From: Mizuhopecten yessoensis
Taxonomy: Eukaryota
Assembly (NCBI RefSeq): GCF_002113885.1
Contig: NW_018480038.1
Coordinates: forward strand, 73,823-137,822
Direction of reading: 5' to 3'
Length of the DNA: 64,000 nt
Within the stretch, counting starts at the first letter, position 1. Every line of letters starts with the position of its first letter. The notes below the pieces were generated by a model, which was not told where the DNA came from, ran no database searches, and worked only from the letters and a program-made list of their open reading frames with translations. The translations under genes and the position numbers were made by a program. Shown in pieces: positions 1 through 12,640 of this stretch.

Positions 1-1306
1 GTGCTGTGATGAGTAGATAATTGTTGATGTGATACTGTGCTGTGATGACTAGATAATTGTTGATGTGATACTGTGCTGTGATGAGTAGATTATTGTTGAT
101 GTGATACTGTGCTGTGATTACTAGATAATTGATTTTGTGATACTGTGCTGTGATGAGTAGATTATTGTTGATATGATACTGTGCTGTGATGAGTAGATAA
201 TTGTTGATGTGATACTGTGCTGTGATGACTAGCTTATTGTTGATGTGATACTGTGCTGTGATTACTAGATAATTGATTTTGTGATACTGTGCTGTAATGA
301 GTAGATTATTGTTGATATGATACTGTGCTGTGATGATTAGATAATTGTTGATGTGATACTGTGCTGTGATGTCTAGATTATTGTTGATGTGATACTGTGC
401 TGTTATGAGTAGATTATTGTTGATGTGATACTGTGCTCTGATTACTAGATAATTGATTTTGTGATACTGTGCTGTGATGAGTAGATAATTTTTTTTGTGG
501 TACTGTGCTGTGATGAGTAGATTATTGTTGATGTGATACTGTGCTGTGATTACTAGATAATTGATTTTGTGATACTGTGCTGTAATGAGTAGATTATTGT
601 TGATATGATACTGTGCTGTGATGATTAGATAATTGTTGATGTGATACTGTGCTGGGATGAGTAGATAATTGTTGATGTGATACTGAGCTGTGATGACTAG
701 ATTATTGTTGATGTGATGCTGTGCTGTGATGACTAGATTATTGTTGATGTGATGCTGTGCTGTGATGACTAGATTATTGTTGATCTGATACTGTGCTGTG
801 ATGAGTAGATTATTGTTGCTATGATACTGTGCTGTGATGAGTAGATAATTTTTTTTGTGGTACTGTGCTGTGATGAGTAGATAATTGTTGATGTGATTCT
901 GTGCTGTGATGAGTAGATTATTGTTGATATGATTCTGTGCTGTGATGAGTAGATAATTGTTGATGTGATTCTGTGCTGTGATGAGTAGATTATTGTTGAT
1001 ATGATACTGTGCTGTGATGAGTAGATAATTGTTCTTGTGGTATTGTGCTGTGATGAGTAGATTATTGTTGATGTGAGACCGTGCTGTGATGACTAGATAA
1101 TTGTTTTTGTGATACTGTGCTGTGATGAGGAGATAATTTTTTTTGTGGTACTGTGCTGTGATGAGTAGATAATTGTTTTTGTTATACCGTGCTGTGATGA
1201 CTAGATTATTGTTGATGTGATACTGTGCTGTGATGACTAGATAATTGTTTTTGTGATACTGTGCTGTGATGAGTAGATAATTGTTTCTGTAATACTGTGC
1301 TGTGAC
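1..1306. repeat. 36-bp minisatellite, about 36 copies, truncated by the window start
   Basis: Unit GTGCTGTGATGAGTAGATAATTGTTGATGTGATACT recurs at 1, 37, 181, 361 and onward with exact 36-bp phase. Confidence 0.97.
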
Positions 1307-2569
1307 TTGTTTTATGTTTGGATGTAACATGTAAGGACTAGATATCGTTAATTTTGTAAATTTTCTTGATACTAATATGATAATGGTTGTTATCTGTTTT
1401 GATTGTGAAGTTTAGGGTGTCGGAGTGATACACGTCACCTGTAGCCTGCGTAACCTGGTGAAGGTGCGGGACCTCGCTGTACGTGTGGCGGCTCCCCACC
1501 GTTTTATCGGCACACATAAGTGATAACATAACACAGTATATATTGTGAAACATATTCCATTGTTAAAATAGAACAAAGGAATGCAATAAAGATACATACA
1601 AGGAATTTCGTTTTTGGTGCAGTTCCTGTTAAATAAAGTTATTAACGACTGCAGCTGTGTTTGCTTTCTATGTGGAAATAATAATGAGTTACAAGACTGT
1701 TCCCGATCCGGAAGCGCAATTACGCAGTATAAATAGATCATGTCCCGGTCGTTCGTGATGACCGCGGTAACGTTACGGCTTACGGACCTTGCACAAGGTC
1801 ACGAGTTTCCTACAAGGCCGTGACTATATACCTGTCAGAGTAATAGTCTGATATTGGCCCGCGCAGACATTAACACTGTACTTCGTCATTACTTTATCTA
1901 TTACTACGGCATATCGTTATCGTACATTATAACAACCAATCTACCATTATAGAGAAATTGTGCCGTCCGATCTCCGTCCCTATGTCTCCTTTCCATTCGT
2001 TCTACACTCAAAACGCCTGGCGCCAATGACTTTCGTCTTCCTTCACAATGTTCTCAAAACATGAAGCGCCAATGACTTTTAGTCTTCCTTTATTCCTCTC
2101 TTACCACTTCAGGCGGCAGTGCTTTCAGCCCTTCTATTTTACGATTACAATGTCTGGCGCCAATAACATGACATCTGGCGCCAATCATTTCCTTTCCAAC
2201 TCATCCTCCTTTCACATGGTTTGGCGCCAATTATTTCCGTCCTTCCCCATCCTTCTATTACTTCGGCTGACGACAATGTCGCCCTTCCTCATTCGCAGTA
2301 CTTTGGCGCCTAAACCTTCCTTCTTCATTCATCTCACTTTCTCTGCTTCTGATGTCAGACTTTACACTTTACGCTTATTACTCTCCCCTTTCATGAAGTA
2401 TGGCGACAATGTCTCCCAACTTCGTTCTAATGAACTATTGTTCCACGCCATGTGTTTTTACATGTTCGCAATAAAATAGTTTGTGCCATTTTGATTGTAA
2501 ACGAGAGGACGCGACTTTGCTTAAAGGAGCAAGCTCACGACAGATATTTGATAGTGACTATTAGAGGAT

Positions 2570-5535
2570 AGGTGACGACCAGCAGATGTCAAACAATCAC
2601 CAACTCAGGTATGAAAGAGATCGGCAGGTGTCAGAAAATGACCAGTTCTGTTCCAATGGTGACCAGTATAAGTCAAACAATGGCCATTAGAGGTGAAATG
2701 TCAAGTAGTAGAAGCCTGGTGGCTATCAGTAGGGATCAATAAATGACCAGTATAGATCAAACGATGTCAAGTAAAGGTATGATGGTGACCAGTAGTAGTA
2801 TGGTGGTGACCAGTAGTGGTATGATGGTGACCAGTAGTGGTTTGGTGGTGACCAGTAGTGGTATGGTGGTGAACAGAAGTGGTATGGTCGTGACCAGAAG
2901 TGATATGGTGGTGACCAGTAGTGGTATGGTGCTGACCAGTAGTGGTGGTATGGTGGTGAACAGTAGTGGTATGGTGGTGACCAGAAGTGGTATGGTGATG
3001 ACCAGTAGAGGTATGGTGGTGACCAGTAGTGGTATGGTGGTGACCGGTAGAGGTATGGTGGTGACCAGAAGTGGTATGGTGGTGACCGGTAGAGGTATGG
3101 TGGTGACCAGAAGTGGTATGGTGGTGATCAGTAGTGGTATGGTGCTGACCAGTAGTGGTGGGATGGTGGTGAACAGTAGTGGTATGGTGGTGACGAGTAG
3201 TGGTATGGTGGTGACCAGTAGATGTATGATGGTGACCAGTAGTGGTATGGTGGTGACTAGTAGGGGTATGGTGCTGACAAGTAGTGGTATGGTGGTGACC
3301 AGTAGTGGTATGGTGGTGACCAGTAGATGTATGATGGTGACCAGTATTGGTATGGTGGTGACTGGTAGTGGTATGGTGGTTACCAGTAGAGGTATGGTGG
3401 TGACCAGTAGTGGTATGGTGGTGGTAGTGGTATGGTGGTGACCAGTAGTGGTATGGTGGGGACCAGTAGATGTATGATGGTGACCAGTATTGGTATGGTG
3501 GTGACTTGTAGTGGTATGGTGGTTACCAGTAGAGGTATGGTGGTGACCAGTAGTGTTATGGTGGTGACTGGTAGTGGTATGGTGGTTACCAGTAGAGGTA
3601 TGGTGGTGACCAGTAGCGTTATGGTGGTGACTGGTAGTGGTATGGTGGTTACCAGTAGAGGTATGGTGGTGACCAGTAGTGGTATGGTGGTGACCAGTAG
3701 TGTTATGGTGGTGACTGGTAGTGGTATGGTGGTTACCAGTTGAGGTATGGTGGTGACCAGTAGAGGTATGGTTGTGACTTGTAGAGGTATGTTGGTGACC
3801 AGAAGTGGTATGGTGGTGACCAGTAGAGGTATGGTGGTGACCAGTGACCATTAGTGGTATGGTGGTGACCAGCAGTGGTATGGTGGTGACCAGTAGTGGT
3901 GGTATGGTGGTGAACAGTAGAGGTATGGTGGTGACCAGTAGTGGTATGGTGGTGACCAGTAGAGTTATGGTGGTGACAAGTTGTGGTATGTTGGTGACAA
4001 GTTGTGGTATGGAGGTTACCAGTAGTGGTATGGTGGTGACTGGTAGAGGTATGGTGGTGACCAGTAGTGGTATGGTGGTGACCAGGAGTGTTATGGTGGT
4101 GACCAGTAGTGGTATGGTGGGGACCGGTAGTGGTATGGTGGTGACCAGTAGTGTTATGGGGGTGACCAGTAGTGTTATGGTGGTGACCAGTAGAGGTATG
4201 GTGGTGGCCAGTGACCATTAGTGGTATGGTGGTGACCAGCAGTGGTATGGTGGTGGCCAGTAGTGGTGGTATGGTGGTGAACAGTAGAGGTATGGTGGTG
4301 ACCAGTAGTGGTATGGTGGTGACAAGTTGTGGTATGTTGGTGACAAGTTGTGGTATGGTGGTTACCAGTAGTGGTATGGTGGTGACTGGTAGAGTTATGG
4401 TGATGACCAGTAGTGGTATGGTGGTTACCAGTAGACGTATGGTGGTGACCAGTAGTGTTATGGTGGTGACCAGTAGTGTTATGGTGGTGACAAGTTGTGG
4501 TATGATGGTTACCAGTAGAGGTTTGGTGGTGACCAGTAGTGGTGGTATGGTGGTGACCAGTAGTGGTATGGTGGTGACTAGTAGGGGGATGGTGCTGACA
4601 AGTAGTGGTATGGTGGTGACCAGTAGTGGTATGGGGGTGACCAGTTGTGGTATGGTGGTGACCAGAAGTGGTATTGTGGTGACCAGTCGTGTTATGGTGG
4701 TGACCAGTAGTGTTATGGCGGTGACCAGTAGTGGTATGGTGGTGACCAGAAGTGATATGGGGGTGATCAGTAGTGGTATGGTGGTGACCAGAAGTGGTAT
4801 TGTGGTGACCAGTAGTGGTATGGTGGTGACCAGTTGTGGTATGGTGGTGACCAGAAGTGGTATTGTGGTGACCAGTAGTGTTATGGTGGTGACCAGTAGT
4901 GGTATGGTGGTGACAAGTTGTGGTATGGTGGTTATCAGTTGTGGTAAGGTGGTGACCAGTAGAGGTATGGTGGTGACCAGTAGTGGTATGGTGGTGACTA
5001 GTAGGGGTATGGTGCTGACAAGTAGTGGTATGGTGGTGACCAGTAGTGGTATGGTAGTGACAAGTTGTGGTATGGTGGTTATCAGTTGTGGTATGGTGGT
5101 GACCAGTTGTGGTATGGTGGTGACCAGTAGTGTTATGGTGGTGACCAGTAGGGGTATGGTGCTGACCAGTAGTGGTATGGTGCTGACCAGTAGTGTTATG
5201 GTGGTGACCAGTAGTGGTATGGTGGTGACAATTTGTGGTATGGTGGTGACCAGTAGTGGTATGGTGGTGACCAGTAGTGGTATGGTGCTGACCAGTAGTG
5301 GTATGGTGGTGACCAGTAGAGGTATGGTGGTGATCAGTAGAAGTATGGTGGTGACCAGTAGTGGTATGGTGGTGAACATTAGAGATCAGATGGTAATCAG
5401 TAGAGTTTAAATGGTGACCGATAGTCGACATTTGGTAACAAGTATAAAGAATAAAATGACGACTAGTAGAGGTCAAAAGTTGACCAGTAGAAGATATGTG
5501 ATGACCGCAAGTGATCGAGGGGTGATCAGTGGATA
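2570..5535. repeat. 21-bp minisatellite (core about 2776-5376) with degenerate in-phase edges
   Basis: Unit GTGGTATGGTGGTGACCAGTA. It is the source of the (SSGMVVT)n, (TTGHHHT)n and (TTIPLLV)n ORFs. Non-triplet partial units occur near 3425, 3843 and 4210. Confidence 0.96.
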
Positions 5536-6237
5536 AACAACGTTGTATGTCAGACACAACAACCTACTGTACATGTGGGTTTCAGTCAGAATTTGCTATT
5601 GTGCCGTAAGTATCCTTACTACTGTTCTCACGAGAGCTGGAGTAATCCGTTAAGCCAGCATTACCTAACAAATAATCTGGTGTGTTGTTGACTAGGAGTC
5701 GTGCCGTTATCTGGCCTCGGGTAGTATTGGTCGCTCTGCCTGTGTATTTTAGGTAGCACATAACGTGTTACGTTGTGTTATCTGTGTACACTACAACTCG
5801 GCATTACTGGACACGTCAGCATGTAATTTGTGGGTAAAACACGACGTTGGTGTTTCTGATATTACCTACCGGCTGTTGTTGAAGGCGAGAGAAAGTTACG
5901 TATTATCTCGGTTGGTTTTTACTGTAAGCTTTTTAATACACTTGTTTGTCACCTTTAGGTGTTAATGCCGTGAGGTCTGCGTGTTGATATACTCGTTACT
6001 ATCTACTGCTGTTTATCGACGCCATTCAGGATTGGTGATCACCAGAATGCAGGGGAAATAAAAAAAAAGTGCGTTATCAGAAATGGTGGTTCGTTATCGC
6101 CAAACTCGGATATGTTTAACATTTTTTGAAAAGAATGTTTAAATAATTATTAAGCAACATTAGAACAACTTTGCTTTTCGTTGATACCCCAGATAGAATA
6201 CAAGATAGAAACAACAGTATACAAGCTGTACTCTTAC

Positions 6238-6795
6238 ACCCTGTGAGAGAGGGAATTATTAACCCCCTTTAAGATTGAGTAAAGCATTAACCCTTTGAGG
6301 ATGAGGTCAACATTGACCGTGTGAGAGTAAGGTAAACATTGACTATGTGAGAATGAGATAAACATGGCGAGAAAAGGAAACATTGGCCATGTGAGAGAGG
6401 GGTAAATATATTGACTCTGTGAAAATTGTCCCTGTGAGAATGAGGTAAACATTGGCCATGTGAGAGAGGGGTGAGCATTATATCTATATGTTATACTTCA
6501 CATGGACCAAAATGGTTTTAATTAATGCGGAGGGATCGTAAGAATGAGGTAAACATCTAACGATGTGAGAGAGGAGTGAACATTGTCCCTGTGAGAATGA
6601 GGTAAACATCTGACGATGTGAGAGAGGGGTGAACATTGTCCCTGTAAGAATGAGGTAAACATCCGACGATGTGAGAGAGGGCTGAACATTGTCCCTGTGA
6701 GAATGAGGTAATCATCTGACGATGTGAGAGAGGGGTAAACATTGTCCCTCTGAGAATGAGGTTAACATTGTTCCTGTAAGAATATGGTAAACATT
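6238..6795. repeat. 26/27-bp minisatellite forming a 53-bp dimeric higher-order unit in its right half
   Basis: GTGAGAGAGGGGTGAACATTGTCCCT alternates with GTGAGAATGAGGTAAACATCTGACGAT at 6540-6790, with diverged copies at 6238-6480. Confidence 0.88.
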
Positions 6796-8639
6796 TGACC
6801 CCCTCCCTTGTAGTAACTACATTTACCTATCTGACAAAGCTTTTGTGCTTTACAGAATGAACGTTTTACATGCACATCTCATAAACGCATGCGAGTCGCC
6901 ATACGTCACTAGGCCACACTATCCACAGCTCAGTTACAATGATATTGAGGATTTATAAAATAAAAAATTCGGGATTTATATTTATACTGCAATCTCAACA
7001 ATATATCAAGTGTTTAAAAACCATCCATACCTTTTTAATCAAAAAATAATTCAACCAGACGCGTTAGACCATATGGTAGATCGGCGGCCTACTACAGACC
7101 CCTCCATTGGTCTCCTTTATCTTCATGTTTCATTATATTTATCATCTTATGTTTCGTTTGATGATACCTTCCTCTTCGGGAAAAAAAGCGGGCCAAAATT
7201 TCTGTTTTGATTCATTTTAATTGATACGGTTAATCAAGCTGTGAACCTATTTATATAATTAATGCTGATAATGATCGAGTATATCGGCCATATCTGTGAC
7301 GTCACTGATTACCAAAGTGTGCCACTGTTGCACCTGACGATAAAGGAGTGCAGTCACTGTAAGCTTTGTTGATTACAGATATTAATGATTTAACACAATG
7401 TGTCTCCCATACAACCACACATTAAGTACCATGGTATATCAGTACGTAATAGTATCGGCCTCTATCTTTACTTTAGATGACAATAATTCGAACATGGCCA
7501 CATTTCGGATCGCTTGCTGCTGGTCCACGTCCACGATCTCAGATGACTGGCTCGCATGCTACCCTATTCATAAACCTTGGGCTGCTAGCTTGAACCACTG
7601 ACATACGCACATCTGGATTGGCACGCAATTAAGGCACGTACAGAAATTGTCAAAACACCAAAATTGTCACTTGAATCAATATTGTTGACACCTGTATGGA
7701 AGTTGATAGCGGGAATGCTATATTTATAACGGGTGGACACTAAATCAGATTAACGACGACAAAAGTACACATCAACAATCCGGGCATGTACGTGAAAAGA
7801 AATCATTTAATTTTCGGTATCGAATATCCAATCCGTTCATTGTATAAGCTGGATACAAAGCGGGGAGTAAGTAGTGAACGGTTATACCCATACAAGTACC
7901 ACAGCATGTTAACACTGATTTGTTTGGTCAGGAACTTTCTATTACAATGATTAGCTTTGATCAGGGACTGGTCAGTCTGAACACAGCACTCGTATGATAG
8001 GCTCTAAATAAACGTCTACTTAATCGAGAATGAAAAAATATTGTTTCACAAGTGATAAAGATATTTTTCACAAATGTAAGAGAAAAACAATAACTATAAG
8101 TATAACTTCACTTGGTTGACGTTGCTGACTCGTGCGGACCCTGTGATTGGCAGACGCAGTTAATTAACCGAGAAGTGGGGGACATGCTTATCTTGACTTA
8201 AACACCTTCTTATCGCAACTGCAAGGAAATTGGAGGCAATTTTATCGAGTGTCACAAGAAATTAATTTGATGTCCATCGGAGAGGTTTGACAATTTGCCG
8301 ACAAAATGTACGTAGCTAGATATCTGACCAAGTCCTGCCGATCAGCAATAACCAGGGACACACAGTAAGTTTCCGATTTATATACTACATGTTAGTAGTA
8401 AACCCGCCATTAGTAAGAGGGGCGATGGGGGAGTAACTCTTGCTATTAAAAACAGCTCAAACCTTATAAAAAGTCGCGCTTCACTGCAAGTAAAGTTGTG
8501 CAATTTGTCTTTCTTTATCACTGCATTAATATTTGCAGCACACCGAAGAAAACTTCCCTACTATTGCAAGGGTTAGTTTTTAAACAATGGCCAACCAAGT
8601 CCTATAATGCAGATAGATTGCAAGTATTAGGCAGGCAAT

Positions 8640-9022
8640 ATTATCCTAAATTCAGAGACCAGCGAGGGGGATTACCCTAACAACAGATCTAGAGAGCATC
8701 CGAGGCGAGGTAACCCTTAACTCAAAAACCCAAAGGTCAGCAGGGTCAAGGTAACCCTAAACTCAAAAACCCAAAGATCAGCAGGGTCAATGTGACCCTA
8801 ACCTCGGCGATCAGAGGAGACAAAGTCACACTTACCTCAGAGATTAGCGTAGGCAAGGTAATTATAACCTTAACATCATCGATTTGCGGACTTGGTGTAG
8901 CCCTAACCTCAGAGATTAGCTATTCGAGTTAACGCTAACCACATATTAGCAGAGGTAATTTAACCCCAACATCAGCGATTAGCGGAGGCGCGGTAACCTT
9001 AACTTTATCGATTTGCGGAGGC
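8640..9022. repeat. Old degenerate tandem repeat of about 33-42 bp
   Basis: About 10 diverged copies of an ACCCTAACCTCAGAGATTAGCGGAGGCGAGGTA-like unit. Confidence 0.7.
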
Positions 9023-11085
9023 GGGATGTCCACGGTTTAATTGTATCCGGTTTTAAAACCGCAACGGAATACTTTTTTCGCAGTGAATATCGAAAACCCA
9101 GCACGGTTAGACTAGAAATAGACTTGTAAGGAATATTTGTAGGACAAATACACAATCACAAAATAAAATAAAAACAATCCTCGTGTTCAAACCTTCACGA
9201 TAGACTATTGTCAAGCACGCCACATTAAGTCCAATAATTTTAATGCCGTTTCATGTGTTTGTTTCATTTTAAATTTGTTGCTCCTCAGTGGGCCATTCTC
9301 TTCTGGAAATGAAACAGGCCTAGACAGACGAGGAGTGGGCGGAGATGTAGAGTTTATTGTTATAAGTGATATATTATTGTATCATATGGAATTTGTCACG
9401 AATTGTATTACAAACGTAACCTACATAGGCAGAGTAGAATGGCTGTTTGTCGTGAGAACAGTCAGGTTTGTGGACCAATATATCGGCATGTTGGCAGCGG
9501 GGAAACGGAGCGGCCTTGGTCGTCCAAGAAAGTGACGTGGACCATTGATTCAGGTTATGGCCCGGATAGGTACCGTCAGAATGAATGTAAAAACCGAAAT
9601 GGAAATGTGGAGAGGTTACCTATTGTGAGGAACCTGATGTAATACGGTATGGCCGCCTTTATCAGTGTTTAGGACGAGCTTGTGTTACATGTCCGTTACA
9701 CAACTATTAAAGGGGTAACGTTACTCAAGTTACATCTGTAACACACATACAGGCTCAACTTACCCAGACGTCAAAAGGACAATTCATAATATCGTATCGA
9801 TTTTAGAGTCATATTAATCACGAATCTAATATATAGTTTTTGAATGAACTGAATCAAGTTGTGTTGAAGTGATTCTTTTGGTAGAAGAACGAATTGTGAC
9901 AAGGCCGTCTCTGTATGTGGAGTTGACAATACTGATTCCCAAGGATCCTAAAATACGTTAAAAGTACATGCACATTAAGCTGTAATTTGTTCGGTTAATT
10001 ACGATGATAAGTCAGTGTCGTCTACTCTGTAACTTCCGTATATGTGGGACGAACTTTGCGAACTCGGACGGTAACTCATATATTATAGCAGAGGGCACAC
10101 AGGGAAAAAGTGTCGGGTAACACACCTCTTACCACAAGTATATGATACAGTTATAACTGTAAGTGTTCGGTCTATGTTGTCGCTACGGAATGGTGGACTA
10201 TGTTATAAACCAGAACAGGACAAATACTGCATCTGCTGAAGACAGTCATGTTAAAGAGAACGACAGAATGCAAACAAGACATTCCCCCAAACAAAGTAGT
10301 TATAAACATTCCCAGAGAAAGCTTGTTGTGTATGTTTGATGGTGGTGAGGTTAGGCATGGACTTCCTGACGAGGAGAGAGGGTTGTTGACGTGGAGTGCT
10401 ATTGTAGTATAGCTTTCTTTAGTCGTTGTAGATGTGTTGGCAGTTTAACAATCATCAGCACTCCATTCACAAAATTCCTGCACCGTTGGTAGCTCGGCAC
10501 ATAACAAATAGACACGTCTATACATAGTTTACGTGTTGTTGTACTTTAATCCACCTAAATGATTCATAAATATTGTGTGAGGATATGGGTGTTACGCCAT
10601 TATACGTCTGTGAGGAGCCCCGCCCACCAATCACGTAGTGACCACGCACATAAACCTAATCACTGATCGCTTTAACTAATCGAAAGCTTTGAAGGTAAAA
10701 AGCTTTTCCAATACTGACAATGTGTAAAAAGGCTGGAGGTGTCGTTAATTTATTTATTATCACGACTGTTAATCAGGTGTGTGGTATTGGTTAATATTTC
10801 TATAAGTCGACTTCAATGAAAACCTTTCAATTTAATGAAAACCGCATTACAAACTTGATTCATTGACACCGTACAAACTTCTAAGTGGAGATCAAAGCTC
10901 TGTTATTCATTCAGCAGTTTAGTTTCAACATATTTTATTGATCCAATGATTAAAAAGGATCGGAAAACAGTTTTTTACAACTCATAACAATCTTCTCCCG
11001 AATATAGCATTATTTATATGTACAAATGCTGTTCAAAACAATATTATTTGATAAAATGTCTATTTAATTTAACTGATAGAAGATT

Positions 11086-12640
11086 GTGACTGGACGGTAG
11101 GGAGGTGTAATATAGGGTAGAGTTGGGGTAGGGGATGATTACTTGACGGTAGGGAGGCGTAAAGTAGGGTGGAGTTGGGGTAGGGGAATATGACTGGTGT
11201 AAAGTAGAATAGAGTTGGGATGGGGGATGGTGACTAGACGGTAGGGAGGCGTAAAGTAGGGTAGAGTTTGATAGGGGATGGTGACTGGACGGTAGGTAGG
11301 TGCAAAATAGGGTAGAGTTGGGGTAGGGGATAGTGACTGAACGGTAGGGAGGTGTAAAGTAGGGTAGAGTTGGGGTAGGGGTGTGATAGAGCTTTTGTGG
11401 CACACAGTTTATAAGTTTGGGGAATAAGCTCAAAGCATAAGCATCAGCAACAAATCTTATTTTTTTTCGACATTTTTATTTCAAGGCGTGAATCCCCTAC
11501 AAAAACAAATTAAATTCCGGAACCCCGGTAAGATTATAAAATAAGAAACGGAATGCGGTTAACGTACGAAATACATATTCGTAAACAATTAGTGATCATT
11601 TCCACTTGGACATCCACTCTGTATCCCCGTAATAATACATGTACACCACAGGGGACTGTGACTGGACGGTATGGAGGTGTAAAGTAGGGTAGAGTTGGGG
11701 TAGGGGATGGTGACAGGACGGTAGGGAGTGGTAAAGTAGGGTAGAGTTGGGATGGGGAATGGTGACTGGACGGTAGGGAGGTGTAAAGTAGGATAGAGTT
11801 GGGGTGGGGGATGGTAACTGGACGGTAGGGAGGTGTAAAGTCGGGTAGAGTTGGGGTGGGGGATGGTAACTGGACGGTAGGGAGATGTAAAGTAGGGTAG
11901 AGTTGGGGTGGGGATGATGACTGGACGGTACGGAGTGGTAAAGTAAGGTAAAGTTGGGGTAGGGGATGGTGACTGGACGGTAGGGAGGTGTAAAGTAGGA
12001 TAGAGTTGGGGTGGGGATGGTGACTGGACGGTACGGAGTGGTAAAGTAAGGTAAAGTTGGGGTAGGGGATGGTGACTGGACGGTAGGGAGGGGTAAAGTA
12101 GGGTAGAGGTGGGGTGGGGAATGGTGACTGGACGGTAGGGAGGTCTAAAGGCGGGTAGAGTTGGGGTAGGGGACTGTGACTGGACGGTATGGAGGTGGAA
12201 AGTAGGGTAGAGTTGGGGTAGAGGATGGTGACGGGACGGTAGGGAGTGGTAAAGTAGGGTAGAGTTGGGGTGGGGAATGGTGACTGGACGGTAGGGAGAT
12301 GTAAAGTAGGGTAGAGTTGGGGTAGGGGATGGTGACTGGACGGTACGGAGTGATAAAGTAAGGTAAAGTTGGGATAGGGGATGGTGATTGGACGGTAGGG
12401 AGGTGTAAAGTCGGGTAGAGTTGGGGTAAGGTATGGTGATTGGGCGGTAGGGAGGTGTAAAGTCGGGTAGAGTTGGGGTGGGGGATGGTAACTGGACGGT
12501 AGGGAGATGTAAAGTAGGATAGAGTTGGGGTGGGGGATGGTGACTGGACGGTAGGGAGGTGTAAAGTCGGGTAGAGTTGGGGTAGGGTATGGTGATTGGG
12601 CGGTAGGGAGGTGTAAAGTAGGGTAGAGTTGGGGTTGGGG
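11086..12640 (+). repeat. 52-bp G-rich minisatellite (about 25 copies) interrupted by a 269-bp insertion
   Basis: Unit GTGACTGGACGGTAGGGAGGTGTAAAGTAGGGTAGAGTTGGGGTAGGGGATG, with four G3+ tracts per unit. Confidence 0.96.
11382..11650 (-). mobile_element. Solo-LTR-like insertion (269 bp, TGTG...CACA ends, 4-bp GGGG TSD)
   Basis: Unique sequence inside a repeat unit, reading TAGGGG|TGTGAT...ACCACA|GGGGACTGTG. The matching uninterrupted unit at about 12161 reads TAGGGGACTGTG. AATAAA lies on the minus strand near 11475, so orientation is tentative. Confidence 0.75.

Noticed and set aside
2743-5557. His-rich (TTGHHHT)n, (SSGMVVT)n and (TTIPLLV)n ORFs as structural or metal-binding proteins
   Set aside because: Several frames on both strands are open because of the 21-bp unit. 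Non-triplet partial units shift the frames mid-array, and the 5557 start is GTG
10627-10646. ER stress element CCAAT-N9-CCACG
   Set aside because: Spacing here is N10 rather than the required N9, and no target gene is evident
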